Below, piece by piece: positions 37,501 through 54,619 of a DNA stretch of 64,000 nucleotides. Within the stretch, counting starts at the first letter, position 1; each line of letters starts with the position of its first letter. The notes beneath the pieces were generated by a model. It was not told where the DNA came from and did not search any database. It worked only from the letters and a program-made list of their open reading frames with translations. The stretch comes from Eledone cirrhosa (Eukaryota), in the NCBI GenBank assembly GCA_964016885.1, contig OZ024741.1:152148001-152212000 (forward strand). The letters run 5' to 3'. Made by a program: the position numbers and the translations under genes.

Positions 37501-37830
37501 ATCAGCAGCTGGCACATGTCTTACCAATTCTCCAAATTCGCTGGAGAATTGTTGAATAGACTCTTCTGGGTGTGACATTGTAGGAGCATAAACACCTATT
37601 ATTGTGAGGAATCTTCCTTTCTTCTGATGTAGGCGATATGATATAACAGGTTCTGAGGGACCACTGGGATAATTTTCAAAAGATGAGATGAGAGAGTATC
37701 CTATAGCAAGGCCAACACCTGATTCTCTCCTTTTACCTTCTGCTACACCTTTCCAAAAGAAATTATATCCAAATCCTCTTTCATTAAGCTGACCATCTCC
37801 ATGAAGGCGTAATTCATAGAGCTACTATAT
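34550..37830 (-). mobile_element. RTE-clade (BovB-like) LINE, degenerate single ORF, (TA)n on both sides
   Basis: APE: VYAPT, MGDFNSRVG, TTWMHPRSK, TDHRLV. RT: NFRGISLLSVVGK, SKAFDTVNR, GVKQG, YVDDC, FIYLGS. C-terminal DRSTWR plus C2H2 fingers. Confidence 0.9.
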
Positions 37831-37832
37831 AG

Positions 37833-37921
<89 letters not shown>

Positions 37922-38256
37922 AGAGAGAAATTCCTTTCAAAATTATTTCCAAAATCATGTCTTTGTTAACTACAAACTTATGAAAAAACAGATGTAAGAC
38001 GGAAGTAAAGAAAGAAAGAAAGAAAGAAAGATAGAAAGAAAGCATTCAGGATAACTGAAACTCGTATTTCCTCTCCCACTCACCCTTAATTTATGTTTCA
38101 TTCATACACACATACACCCTTCACTCCCACACAAGTCTTTATTCTATTGGCTTCAGGCGAGCCACAGGTTTGGTGTTACTAATTGAATCGCCACGCTGTC
38201 GTCATCAAGATCGTGTGTGATGAACCATTTTCGTCCTATAAATTTCGTCACACATA

Positions 38257-39066
38257 TACGAGGACTATCGAAAAGGTTTCCGGCTTTATTTTTACCGTAG
38301 GAAGTAATGACGCTTGAGAGACAAAATTAGTGTCGCATACATTCATGCGCATGCGTAACTTTTTATTAGTTCGCTGGGTGCGCCAGTCACTTTCAAGCAG
38401 CCAACGTTTGAGATATTATATTACTCGTTGCATTTTCATTTCGTCCGATACTGCCAACAAGCACTCCAAATTCGTAAATACCGTGATAACTGGAGATGAA
38501 GGTGGTTGTGCGGCTACAACTTGGAAACCAAAACCCAGCCATCACAGTGAAAGCACCCAACGTCGCCGTAGCCCCCAAAACACGCCAGGTACTGAGAAAA
38601 ATTAAAGTAATGCTGACTACATTCTTCAACTACCGAAGCGTTGTGCATCACGGATACGGACCAGTAGGACAAACAGTTACAAAGAACTGCAACCAGGATG
38701 GCCTGCGAAACATTCGTGATGCAGATCGACGAAAGAGACCGGATCTCTAGGACTCGCAAAACTGGCAGCTCCATCATGACGACGCTTCAACTCATTCACC
38801 GCAGCTGATCCAAGGTTTCTTGGGAAATAAATCTAGTTTTCTCGTTCGCCACGCTCCCTTGTCGCCAAACATGACTCCTTTTGACCTCTTTAAGAGACGC
38901 GAGGACATCATGCAGACTACGACATGTTTCGAACGGTGTAAAGATCACTGGGTAAATATTTAGAGGCAGAAGGAGCCTCATCGAAGGAAATTAGCCATTG
39001 TATCCCAACATAAATATAATTTTTCTCAGCCTTTTAGCTGATAATTTTTCGACAACCTAACTTGTA
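38257..39066 (+). mobile_element. Degenerate mariner (Tc1/mariner) transposon with internally deleted transposase
   Basis: TA|CGAGG start. ITGDE, KIKVMLTTFF, GQTV, RRKRPDL, WQLHHDDAS.H and SPNM.PFDLF resemble mariner DD34D motifs. Confidence 0.75.
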
Positions 39067-39319
39067 TATAGCTTACACGAACACTGACTGCCAGTTTTGT
39101 AACAATTTTAAACACAAGTCAAAGAAACCAGTCCAAAAGACATAGCATAAAAGTATTAGTGAAGAAAAAACTATGGGTGACCAACTGCGTAATATCATAG
39201 TAGTAAATAGTGAAAGTTATTAGCTGTCTTAGATAATAGATAGTTCTCTAGACGCTCACTTTACTGTTAAGATATATATATGTGTGTGTCTGTGTATGTG
39301 TGTGTGGTGTGCGTATGTA

Positions 39320-39350
<31 letters not shown>

Positions 39351-40029
39351 CAATATATACATATATATAGATTTATTACTATATACATACACACACACAC
39401 ACATATATATATATGTGTGTGCATGTGTGTGTGTGTCGGAGAATATCTATTTGCTAAGCGCATACGTATTAACAAATGTGACAAATAACATGACAATAAC
39501 AAGAATAACAGGAGCCATCATCTCGTCCCTATAAAGCATTCCAGTGTTTATATAACTATGAAACAGATATAATAAATAATGGAAAGAAAATAGAAGTCTT
39601 TAACGATTGATACTCATCAATTCTCCTTTAGCAAATGGACTTTCTCACTATTAACCTTTTTGATAGCAAACCGCCTAAAGCTGCCCTTAGGTATACGATA
39701 CAAAACTGTTTGTTTTATAGTGTTTATATTCTGTATCTAGAATCCTCCCACTATGTAAAAACATTTGTTTGGTTATGTTTCAAACTCCAGCTTAATAAGT
39801 AAGTTAGAAAGAAAAATGTACAAAACTCCTGTTACTCAGGGGACCTAATTATTACTGCTAGAGAACCTGATGATCATAAAGTAATAGACATTACATAATA
39901 GAAATTTTTCACAGCCTACTGAGGAATATATATGTTTGATAAAATCCCTCCAATTTTTTTTATTTTATTCAAAATATTATTTGAAAATCATGTGAGTCAA
40001 GGGTGTTTGTTTTATAAATTTGATTCCAA

Positions 40030-40160
40030 AGTATGTGGTGTCGTGTTCTGTCCCGATTCGTGAAACCTTGAGTAAGTGTTTTCTGCTATAGACACGGCTC
40101 GACTAATGCCGTGTGAGGGGATTTCGTTAATGGGAACTCTGAAAGCCTGTCGATTGTGTT
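40030..40160 (+). mobile_element. Degenerate SINE-like fragment (related piece at 40630-40682)
   Basis: ccttgagtaagtgttttctgctatag..gccgtgtgagggg..aactctgaaagcctgtcg is similar to aagccttgtgggtg..gtagacggaaactg..aaagcccatcg. Confidence 0.4.
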
Positions 40161-40402
40161 TGAATACGTCTTCAACCCCAAAACACCGTTAACACAAATT
40201 AAGGCGGTATTTTATTACAAAATACGACAAGAAAGGATTACACTATATTATAACTTTAATAGTAGCCGTCATTGCCCACATCCCATGTCTAATATCCAAA
40301 CCTGGTTCTATAGGGATATAGCTGTATATGCACATGACTACTCAGAAACGTACTCTCTTATATTAGCATCTTTCGACACATGCTTGTCTAGCTATCTCCA
40401 TA

Positions 40403-40605
40403 TACGAGGGAGTACTGAAAGGTTTCTGGTTTTAAGGGTATCGCGAAGGGGTAGTTCGAGGCCCAATCTTCCCAGTTCTTTTTACAGGACTTACAAAAAC
40501 CGAAGGACCGCAGCAATAAGTTTGTGAATCTGAGAGGGGAATATGTTGAATAAAATCATAAATGTCTTTTACCCAAAGCCAGGAACTTTTCAACAGCCCC
40601 TCGTG
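40403..40605. mobile_element. Mariner-type MITE (~200 bp)
   Basis: Imperfect TIRs tacgagggagtactgaaaggtttctggttt and aaagccaggaacttttcaacagcccctcgtg. Confidence 0.65.
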
Positions 40606-40964
40606 TATATATATATATATTAGGTTGAGATAAGCCTTGTGGGTGTAATTAGGTAGACGGAAACTGTATGAAAGCCCATCGGATGGACTGTGTCTGTAAT
40701 CCAAAAGACCAGCCTTGTCTTATATTATGTAACACATATTCGACTTTAGAATTACGTGAATGGTACACCGCTCCTTGAAATACTCAGCCACTTATACTAT
40801 AATGCAGGCACTTACACGTTAATATACAGGTGGGACATTCAGTTGATAGAACAACTAAATGCTCATCGTCGAATCTCCCAGAGGCTACATCATCATCATC
40901 TTTACCATGAACATCATGATCATCCCCATTACTACCATCATCCACTACTGGACTCCAGATAGAA

Positions 40965-41280
40965 CCGCTATTTTACCGAACTGAGAGATCACAGCTCCAA
41001 TACTATGGACATGTGTTTAGAATGTCTCAAGAAAGAATCGATGGATATAATTTATGGGCAAAACCAGCCAGCAGGAGACATCCAGAGGTAGACTCCGAGC
41101 AAGATGGTTGGATAACATCCATGAGCTTGACTGGTCTCGCTTGGAGATCCAGCCGGATCAGTTGGAGACGGTTGTTTCTGATAGGAAGGAGTGTTTGAGG
41201 ACTCTGGTCCCAACGAACCTCTCAGGAATAAGTGAGCGAAGAAGAAGAAGAAGAAGAAGAAGAAGAAGAAGAAGAAGAAG

Positions 41281-41310
<30 letters not shown>
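40965..41310 (+). mobile_element. RTE-like LINE 3' fragment with (GAA)n tail
   Basis: QLQYYGHVFRM..SRGRLRARWLDNIHELDWSRLEI..DRKE, then perfect (GAA)n at 41238-41310. Confidence 0.7.
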
Positions 41311-41311
<1 letters not shown>

Positions 41312-41769
41312 CATAGCTATCATAGATTTCTAAGTAATGTTTAGAAGAAAATTTCGTTGGTATTTCTAGCACACTGAATGGAATGACCATGTATTGGCTC
41401 CCTTGCGACTTTGTTGTTTTGGGGTGTATTGTTCCCAACCACATTCTCATCGCCATCTTTCATCTCTTACATTTTAACAGGTGTACACTGAAAACTAGAT
41501 GTCTAGTTTTCTATAGAAGATAACTTTTGTCACGTTGTTTTCTCAACAATGATTTATTAAAAACCTAATCAAAATGACAATAGAATAACTTTATAATTAA
41601 TTAACTATTTAATTAATCATGATAAAGTAGATAAACCGATGTTGAAATATATTAGAGACATCTAAGTATCTTTTTATTTTAATGACATTAAATATAGTTT
41701 TGAGAATAAAAAAATATAGTCATAAATGATTTCCAACTTCACAAAATCCTGATTATAGGCTTTTATACG

Positions 41770-45672
<3,903 letters not shown>

Positions 45673-45822
45673 ATACTTTGGGAGGGTCATGTTGCCAATA
45701 AGAAGCACACGCACCAGTTGCTTTCACTTCAATTTATTATATATTTATAAATTTATAAATTTATTAATTGATAAATTTCTGGTTGGTTGGTTGGTTCCAC
45801 AACCAGATAGTTGTTTATATAT

Positions 45823-45867
45823 AGTCATAGTTCTTTCGTCACACACTCTGTGACCTCTTCAGTGACT
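45823..45867 (-). ncRNA. Minimal type I hammerhead ribozyme in 3' pLTR
   Basis: agtca CTGAAGA g gtcac agagtgt gtgac GAAA gaac TA tgact. Stem I 5 bp, stem II 5 bp, vestigial stem III. Confidence 0.85.
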
Positions 45868-46067
45868 GGGGATTCCTTTCTTTGTTTCTGTGCCTCTCCT
45901 TTGTTCTGTCCTACGCCATTTTGTTTCTGTTTGTGTGTTGTGTGCTCAGTCTGCGCATGCGCCACATCCGGGTGTCTGTGTGTATTTATGTTCATTTATT
46001 TATTTATTTATTTACATGTTACTGGTTGGTTGTTTGTTCTATGTGTGTGTGTGTTTTCATTTTGTCC

Positions 46068-47969
46068 TTAATTGTAAGTTGTGATGTTGCTGTTCCACTC
46101 ATATTTTCTATTTAATTTTGGTTGTAATTCTTTTATGTTTATTGCCTCTGTAATTTGTCTAATCATTGCATCTTTTCTGTGTGTAGATTCTATTTTTATT
46201 TCTATGTTCTCTAATTTACCCTTGTGTTCTATCTTAGCATGTTGGTAGAGTACAAATGATTCTTTATTATCTTGAAGGTCTCGCCAGTGTTCATTTATCT
46301 GTTCCCCTACACTACAAGCTGTCTCATCTATGTACACTATATTTTTGTCTCTACATTGTCCTTCAGTACATCTTATGCTATAGACTACATTTCTAGTTTT
46401 ACAGTTAATATGGGGGCTTATTTTACAGGTTATACATTTCTTATCTATACATGAGGGTCTTTGAAAAGGGTATGTCTTGCTAATAAGTGTTTTTACGGAG
46501 GTACCTGGTCTTTCTACTATCTTAATATTGAGTTTATGTTTATTTAGGGCCCTTCTAAATTTGTAAGCTAATTCACCTCTAGGGGTTGTATTGATGAACA
46601 TTACACTCTGGTATTTATTGCTATCATACCATGAGTTTATTCTATTAGCCTTGTTCCTAGTTCTTTCTATTCTATTCCAAAATTTGCTCCTATACAAGGG
46701 GCAGGTCCCATTTATGTCATTATTTACCATTTTTTCCCATTTGGTTCTGGCTCCTCTATACACTCTGATTTTATCTCTCTGATTGTAGCCAGAGAACTGC
46801 ATACGGTGGATGAAGTGTTGTATGTGTCTCTCTAGTTCTTCGGGGTTGCACATGCGGGACAGATTTCTCATCACCCGTACCAAATCCGCAATCAGTATGT
46901 TGATTTTGGTATGGTCCGAAATGGCCGAGTTTCGGTGGATCAGATGTTTGGAAGTCATGGGTTTGGCATAATGGGAATGGAGGATTTGTTTTTTGTTGTT
47001 AATGGTATCTAACCAGAGCTCTGTGTCTAGTACAGGTAATCGATGGTTGGGGTGTTTACTTGGGTAGTCTATAGTAACTCTAATGCTCTGGTGGATGGAG
47101 TTTGCTATTTGCTGGATGCTTTCCATTGTGTTTTTCTCTAGTTCCTGACTGTTCTCTAGTGGGGGTGTCTTAACTACGATGTTTATATCATCTACGTAGC
47201 GGGAGTACATTATCAGGGTTAAGGGGTCTTCTAATTGTTCTTTAAGTTTAAGTTTAAGTCTACTGTCCCACCATACCATGAATAAGTTAACTATGTCGCC
47301 TGCAATGCTAACACCAATGGCTGCTCCTTCCTCTTGGGCATATGTTTTTCCATTAAATTTGAACATATGTTCCTTAAGGGTTAGTTTTATGCTGGCCCCT
47401 ACCGCATGTGCAATCATTTTCTTCAGTTCATCGTGGTTTTCGGGTGTCCGTGTGGCTCTAGTCCACCCGTTCCATCTATCCGTGTGGGTTTTCTTGGCCA
47501 TTGAGGTAATGGTAGGTGGTCTGCCTCTTGCTGGTCTTGTTGGGCACAGGTTGCTAAGGTCATATGTGTCTAGGTAACTATTACTATAGGTAAGCTTAAG
47601 TAGGAGTCCCAGCTCACTGGTATCAATCCCACGGAACTCAACCTTGCTCTCACTGATCATTTCTACGCATTTCTCCACAGCAAAATCCACGTCAATAGAT
47701 GGATACAGGGACACAACATCCATACTGCCTATTATGCAGTTTGTTAGGTCCCCAGATCGGTTACTCACGCCGATTCTGCTGAGGAGGTCCTCCGTGCTGT
47801 CACATACATCTGGGGACATTTCAATGATGGGGCGTATGATCAGGGAGAGGAAGTAGGACAGTCTGTAGTTACTAGCAATGTTAGCTCCACAGACTGGCCG
47901 TGTTGGTGGTCCCGCGACAGGGTCACAGCCCGTTTTATGGTCTTTTCGAAGCCCATACAACGCCGGCAC
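46068..47969 (-). CDS. PLE reverse transcriptase + GIY-YIG endonuclease (C-terminal 633 aa of a longer, disrupted ORF)
   Basis: LYGLRKDHK, RPVC, MDVVSLYPSID, GAAIG, RYVDD, LPVLD, CxxxxCxxC..C, NVVYSIRC..C..YIDET..EH. Confidence 0.9.
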   Translation of the reverse strand: MPALYGLRKDHKTGCDPVAGPPTRPVCGANIASNYRLSYFLSLIIRPIIEMSPDVCDSTEDLLSRIGVSNRSGDLTNCIIGSMDVVSLYPSIDVDFAVEKCVEMISESKVEFRGIDTSELGLLLKLTYSNSYLDTYDLSNLCPTRPARGRPPTITSMAKKTHTDRWNGWTRATRTPENHDELKKMIAHAVGASIKLTLKEHMFKFNGKTYAQEEGAAIGVSIAGDIVNLFMVWWDSRLKLKLKEQLEDPLTLIMYSRYVDDINIVVKTPPLENSQELEKNTMESIQQIANSIHQSIRVTIDYPSKHPNHRLPVLDTELWLDTINNKKQILHSHYAKPMTSKHLIHRNSAISDHTKINILIADLVRVMRNLSRMCNPEELERHIQHFIHRMQFSGYNQRDKIRVYRGARTKWEKMVNNDINGTCPLYRSKFWNRIERTRNKANRINSWYDSNKYQSVMFINTTPRGELAYKFRRALNKHKLNIKIVERPGTSVKTLISKTYPFQRPSCIDKKCITCKISPHINCKTRNVVYSIRCTEGQCRDKNIVYIDETACSVGEQINEHWRDLQDNKESFVLYQHAKIEHKGKLENIEIKIESTHRKDAMIRQITEAINIKELQPKLNRKYEWNSNITTYN

Positions 47970-47978
47970 GTCATTGTT

Positions 47979-49418
47979 CTAGGCCTGGAAGTTGTTGGCA
48001 GTCCTTTGGTTGGGCTGCATTATATTCGTCCACATCACCATATGGGCATTGAGGGCTTTTTCTCTATCCTCATGCTCCTGTGGTGTTACCTCTCTTGTGT
48101 TAGTGATGTGGGGTTGCATTGCCTGGATGTAGTTTGGCAGGCTGTCAACCGACATTCTGCCAGACTTGTCTGTTGGAAAGCATGCTATCTCTCCATTACG
48201 TGAGCGCTGCATGAGCTTACGCAAGCCATTTGCAGATTTTTCTCCCAGTTGCTGGGCCTCCATTCTATTATGCTTCTTGCTATACTGTTCTATAATATTT
48301 CTAAGTTCGGATCTAGCTATACTAAATTGTGCTTCTGTTTGTTCATCGACCTGCGACGGCAATTGCGTGCGTTTGTTAAATGGTAAAGTCGTGGCGTGGG
48401 CTCGTCGCAGGTCGAATGATTTATCGGAGGGATTATAAAACGTAGAGTTCCAGGCTGCTGCTTTATGTGTACTAGTGCTATTGTTATTGTTAGTTGTGTT
48501 GTTTCTATTTCTATTTCCACCAACAGCCTCATGGTTGTTTCTATGTCTCTCATAATTACTCCTGTCTCTTTCCACTGGCTCATTGTTGTTATCTACCCTA
48601 TTTTGTGTGTCTGTGTGTTCGTCTTGGTTATTCTCTTTGTCCTTAGTCTCCCATCTCCTTTTCCTTTTAATCTTATTACTTTCCCTTATTTCTGTGATTT
48701 CTGTGCTACTGTCATTCCTTGTTTTCTGTGTCTGTGTGTTTGTTAAGATTGTGGTGGTGGTGAGAGGCATTGAATGCGTGTGTGTTGTTGTTGTTGATGT
48801 GTGCTGTTGTTGATGTGTGTTGTTGTTGTCTCCGTGTGTGTTATTGTTGTTTTTGTGTGTTGTTATTGTTGTTTGTGTCTGCGTGTCTGTTGTTGTTGTT
48901 TCTGGGTATGTTGTTATTGTTGTTGTTGTTGATGTGTGTATTGTTGTTATTGTTGTTTGTGTCTGTGTGTCTGTTGTTGTTGGGATGTGTGTTGTATGTG
49001 TGTGTGCGTATATTGTTGCTTTTGTTTTTGTTTTTGTTTTTGAGGCTCCAGCGTAGTTTTGTAAATGATTTTTCTATTTCTGACAGACAACTAATCATAT
49101 TTACCTTCTTGAATGTCGCAAATTTCGGGGGTAAACATAACACAGACATCTCATCGTTATCTATTCTTGCGTTACCATATATATTTGTGTTATTGTTGTT
49201 GTTGAACTCTTCTGTTAATGAGGTGTCGGCTATATTTATACCGTCAATTTTGTCGGGATATCTATTGGTATTCTCTATAGTATCCTGATTTAGCTTTATC
49301 TGCTTAAGCCACTTTAGTTTCTTGTTAAAGTGCTTATCACATTCTTGAGTAATGTACTGTTCTTCGGGATGTATAAGGCTTATAAATATTAGTTTCTCTC
49401 TTGGTGTGGTGATCCTAG
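47979..49418 (-). pseudogene. N-terminal part of the PLE ORF (in-frame TAG at 47979, frameshift/stop in Asn/Thr-rich insert)
   Basis: LCLPPKF and PTDKSGR motifs typical of PLE N-termini. ORF 47979-48770 is in frame with 46068-47969. Confidence 0.8.
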
Positions 49419-49708
49419 CTAATTACAGAGGCAATAAACATAAAAGAATTACAACCAAAATTAAATAGAAAATATGAGTGGAACAGCAACATCACAACTT
49501 ACAATTAAGGACAAAATGAAAACACACACACACATAGAACAAACACCCAACCAGTAACATGTAAATAAACAAATAAATAAATGAACATAAACACACACAG
49601 ACACCCGGATGTGGCGCATGCGCAGACTGAGCACACAACACACAAACAGAAACAAAATGGCGTAGGACAGAACAAAGGAGAGGCACAGAAACAAAGAAAG
49701 GAATCCCC

Positions 49709-49753
49709 AGTCACTGAAGAGGTCACAGAGTGTGTGACGAAAGAACTATGACT
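49709..49753 (+). ncRNA. Minimal type I hammerhead ribozyme in inverted pLTR
   Basis: Same motif as 45823-45867 on the opposite strand. Confidence 0.85.
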
Positions 49754-49981
49754 ATATATAAACAACTATCTGGTTGTGGAACCAACCAACCAACCAGAAA
49801 TTTATCAATTAATAAATTTATAAATTTATAAATATATAATAAATTGAAGTGAAAGCAACTGGTGCGTGTGCTTCTTATTGGCAACATGACCCTCCCAAAG
49901 TATAACAATATCGGTTTCAACACACGATTTCAGATAAAGAATCTTGCTAAACAAATTCAGAAACGAAATATATATATATAC

Positions 49982-50063
<82 letters not shown>

Positions 50064-50224
50064 GTATATACATATATATATACACCCATTTTATACGTGC
50101 TGTGAAACACTACACTGGTTATCTCACTCGATTATCCTCAGAGAATGTTTACATCCTAGAAAGTTGTGAAGTATTTTAGATTATTAAAGTGATTGTAATG
50201 ATAATGAAGCATGAAGTGATGTGA

Positions 50225-50316
50225 GACGGTGGTGGTGGTGGTGGTGGTGCTGGTGGTGGTGGTGGTGGTGGTGGTGGTGGTGGTGGTGGTGGTGGTGGTG
50301 GTGGTGGTGGTGGTGG

Positions 50317-50347
<31 letters not shown>

Positions 50348-50439
50348 GCTGGTGGTGCTGGTGCTGGTGTCAGACGGTGATGATGGTGATGATGGTGATG
50401 GTGGTGTTGGTGTTGCTGCTACTGCTGGTGATGATGATA

Positions 50440-50477
<38 letters not shown>

Positions 50478-50700
50478 AATGATGATGATGATGATGATAT
50501 TGGTGCGATGATGTTGTTAGTGGCGGTGGTGATGATGATAGTAGCTGTTGTAGCGTTTGCTTTTGTGTATGTTCTTGGCGTTGTCCTTGTGAAGATGGCG
50601 ATAGCGGTTGTGGTGCTCTTGCTGCTGGTGGTGGTGGTGGTGGTGGTGGTGGTGGTGGTATGGTGGTCGTGGTGGTGGTCGTGGTGGTATGGTGGTCGTG
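50225..50700. repeat. (GGT)n/(GAT)n trinucleotide repeats
   Basis: Direct reading. Confidence 0.95.
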
Positions 50701-50750
50701 AACGTTTGTGGTGTTGCTGTAGATATTGTTGTTGGCGCTGTAGAGGGCAG

Positions 50751-50940
50751 TGGATTGGTAGTATTGGTAGAGCGTCGGACACCATGCTTTGCGGCATGGA
50801 GTTACGGCCCTTAACATTCTGAGTTCAAATCCCGCCGAGGTTTGCTTTGCCTTTCACCCTTACGGGGTCGATAAAATAAACTACCAGTAATGCACTGTGG
50901 TTCATTTAATTGACTTTCCCTGCGCCTAAATCTGAAACCA
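50751..50940 (+). mobile_element. tRNA-derived SINE
   Basis: A-box-like TGGTAGTATTGGTAGAG, B-box GAGTTCAAATCC, core ctttgcctttca.cctt.cggggtcgataaaata. Four further copies in the window. Confidence 0.85.
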
Positions 50941-51259
50941 TAATTTATGGCGTTGTATTGCTACTGCTGCTGCTACTGTTGCTGATGTTCTTATTGCTGC
51001 TGCTGCTGCTGTGGCTGGTTGACGATGGTATTGCTGTTAGTCATTGGTTCAGCAGCAGCGGGTGGTGGTGTTATTGGTAGTGTTGGTGTTAGACCTCTTT
51101 AATTACAGAAGTGTCTTTAAATATCTTTCGGTGATATGACGATTAGTTAATGGTATTTGTCGCATATATGACAACCATCATCATCATCGTCCTTATCATT
51201 ACCATCATCAACAACACCATCATCCCCACCACCACCACCATAACCACCATCACCACCAT

Positions 51260-51918
51260 CACCATCACCAACTCCACCACTACCACTATCACCAACAACA
51301 GCACTACCAACACCACTATAACCAACCACCATCACCGTCATCACCACCATTACCATCACCACCATCAACTCCACCACTACCACTATCACCAACAACAGCA
51401 CTACCAACACCACTATAACCAACCACCATCACCGTCATCACCACCATTACCATCACCACCATCAACTCCACCACTACCACTATCACCAACAACAGCACTA
51501 CCAACACCACTATAACCAACCACCATCACCGTCATCACCACCATTACCATCACCACCATCAACTCCACTACTACCACTATCACCAACAACAGCACTACCA
51601 ACACCACTATAACCAACCACCACCACCGTCATCACCACCACTACCATCACCACCACCAACTCCACTACTACCACTATCACCAACAACAGCACTACCAACA
51701 CCACTATAACCAACCACCACCACCGTCATCACCACCACTACCATCACCACCACCAACTCCACCACTACCACTATCACCAACAACAGCACTACCAACACCA
51801 CTATAACCAACCACCACCACCGTCATCACCACCACTACCATCACCACCACCAACTCCACCACTACCACTATCACCAACAACAGCACTACCAACACCACTA
51901 TAACCAACCACCACCACC
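51260..51918. repeat. 97-bp minisatellite (~7 units) within an (ACC)n field spanning 51170-52470
   Basis: Near-identical ORFs recur at 51316, 51413, 51510, 51607, 51704, 51801 and 51898 (period 97). Confidence 0.92.
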
Positions 51919-52745
51919 GACAGTACTACCACTACCATCACCACCAACACCACCATCATCACCACCACCACCACCACCACCACCATCATCAACATCACCA
52001 CCATCACCACCAACACCAACACCAACACCACCAACACCAACAACACCACCATCACCACCATCACCATCATCAACATCACCACCAACACCTCCACCACCAC
52101 CACCACCACCACCTCCACCACCATCATCAACATCACCACCATTACCACCATCACCAACACCAACACCATCACCACCACCACCGTCATCAACATCATCAAC
52201 ACCATCAACAACATCACCACCACCACCACCACCACCACCAACACCAACACCACCAACACCACCACCATCATCAACATCACCATCACCACCACCAACACCA
52301 CCACCAACACCACCACCATCATCAACATCACCATCACCACCACCAACACCAACACCAACACCACCACCACAACCACTACAATCATCACCACCTCCAACAC
52401 TAACCCACCCCCTCTTATCACCATTATCCATTCTACCATCACCATCAACAATACCACCACCATCACCACGACAACGGATACTAATTAGTTATCCTCTCAC
52501 TAATTAAGCCATAATCAAATTGATTCGATAAACTGTATCTATTACAGTGGTATGTGTCTTGTCTTACCTCTGGCCATGTCTATCAAGGTGTACATGTGTG
52601 TGTGTGTGTAGTTCTTGTTCGCTAATAGTCTGCGTGTGTTTGCATGTGTGTTTATGTATGTTTTGCTTAATACGTATGTGTGTGAGTAACGTTAGGTAAG
52701 TGTGTGTGTCTATCTGTGTATATGTATCAGTACGTCTATAGTATG

Positions 52746-52810
<65 letters not shown>

Positions 52811-52816
<6 letters not shown>

Positions 52817-53650
52817 CGTGACTATCTCCCCCTCCGCCTTTTGGGATTCTTTCTCACGTCGTGTAGACGCGTTCTTGAGACTAGTAAAATGAGGTATCCT
52901 CTTGATAAGTCGACAGACCTCGCAGGGACTCTATATCTTTATGATGTATTGTTTTTGTTTATGCCACGAAACTACGTAGTCGAGGAATCTAGGAGCAGTT
53001 TAGGTATGATACATTTTATTACTAATTATATCTAAATGTTTCTTCTCTCTTCATAATGTAATTTTAACTCTGATACTGGTTCAGTCTAGTTCAACCGGAT
53101 TGGTCTGTCCCAGTCATTCATTGAGCAACATCGGTGAGGTTGGCACCCTTAACTCACGGTTGGGTGTGGATGCATTCATGTATATGTGTGTGTCCGCATG
53201 TATCTGTGTGTTTCTAAATATATTGTTAATAACTCCTTCTGGTTGAGTAATCTTTGAAGTGTGGTGACTGCTGGAAAGCTGCCATTACTCATACTCCTCT
53301 TCTCCTTCACCACCTCTTCTACGGCTTCGATATAAATACCCCCTCCGCCTCTGTGGTATTTTCTTCGGGGTTATAAGAAGCTTAGCTCTGTTTCTCGACC
53401 GTTATATCGCGTGACTATCTCCCCCTCCGCCTTTTGGGATTCTTTCTCACGTCGTGTAGACGCGTTCTTGAGACTAGTAAAATGAGGTATCCTCTTGATA
53501 AGTCGGCAGATCTCGCAGGGACTCTATATCTTTATGATGTATTGTTTTTGTTTATGCCACGAAACTACGTAGTCGAGGAATCTAGGAGCAGTTTAAGTAT
53601 GATACATTTTATTACTAATTATATCTAAATGTTTCTTCTCTCTTCATAAT
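52811..53650 (+). mobile_element. Retrozyme/pLTR-like element: 247-bp direct repeats (period 593) each with a degenerate hammerhead, in (TA)n
   Basis: 52811-53057 matches 53404-53650. Motif: tcctc TTGATAA gtcggca...tgccac GAAA ctacgtag TC gagga. Confidence 0.65.
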
Positions 53651-53811
53651 ATATATATATATATATATATCTTAAGGTTTGTTGGTTCACCACTGGATAG
53701 AACTGGTCATTCCGTATGGTCAATCCTGGTGTAATATTGTGAAGAGTACTCAACGCAGTGCTGTTTACCCGTCTTCGTTTGTGTAGTTGGTGGTGCGAAT
53801 ACGGAGTTAAT

Positions 53812-54197
<386 letters not shown>

Positions 54198-54224
54198 CTA
54201 TCTGTGTATATGTATCAGTACGTC

Positions 54225-54255
<31 letters not shown>

Positions 54256-54374
54256 GGGGGGTATAAATCCAACCATGACGTCAACGCTGTTGAGTTTATA
54301 CCTTCCTCTCTGCTTCTTCACATGCACGGAGTACATCCGCTGATTTCTGGTCTCCCCGGTATCAGCTTCACAGA

Positions 54375-54405
<31 letters not shown>

Positions 54406-54411
54406 ATAATA

Positions 54412-54593
54412 ATTGTTTCTACTTTTGGGCACAAGGCCAGCAATTATCCAGTGCATTACTGGTACTTTATTTTATCGACGCCGTAAGGATGAAAGGCAAA
54501 GTCAACCTCAGTGGGATTTGAACTCAGATCGTTAAGGGACGTAACTATGCTGGAAAGCATGGCATCCGACCCTCTACCGATACTGCCAATCCA
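54412..54593 (-). mobile_element. tRNA-derived SINE (same family as 50751-50940)
   Basis: Reverse complement of the same A-box/B-box/core sequence. Confidence 0.85.
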
Positions 54594-54619
54594 ATAATAA
54601 TGATAATAATAATAATAAT

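Noticed and set aside
47970-47981. In-frame stop in the PLE ORF as possible selenocysteine recoding (reported for some Naiads)
   Set aside because: The codon is TAG, not TGA. The 633-aa ORF has no internal TGA and I could not identify a SECIS, so a nonsense mutation is more likely.
50751-50840. tRNA gene
   Set aside because: A and B boxes are present but no cloverleaf is evident. It continues into a SINE core repeated several times in the window.
51260-51918. Regularly spaced repeats as a CRISPR-like array
   Set aside because: Units are contiguous with no unique spacers and there are no cas genes. It is a eukaryotic minisatellite.
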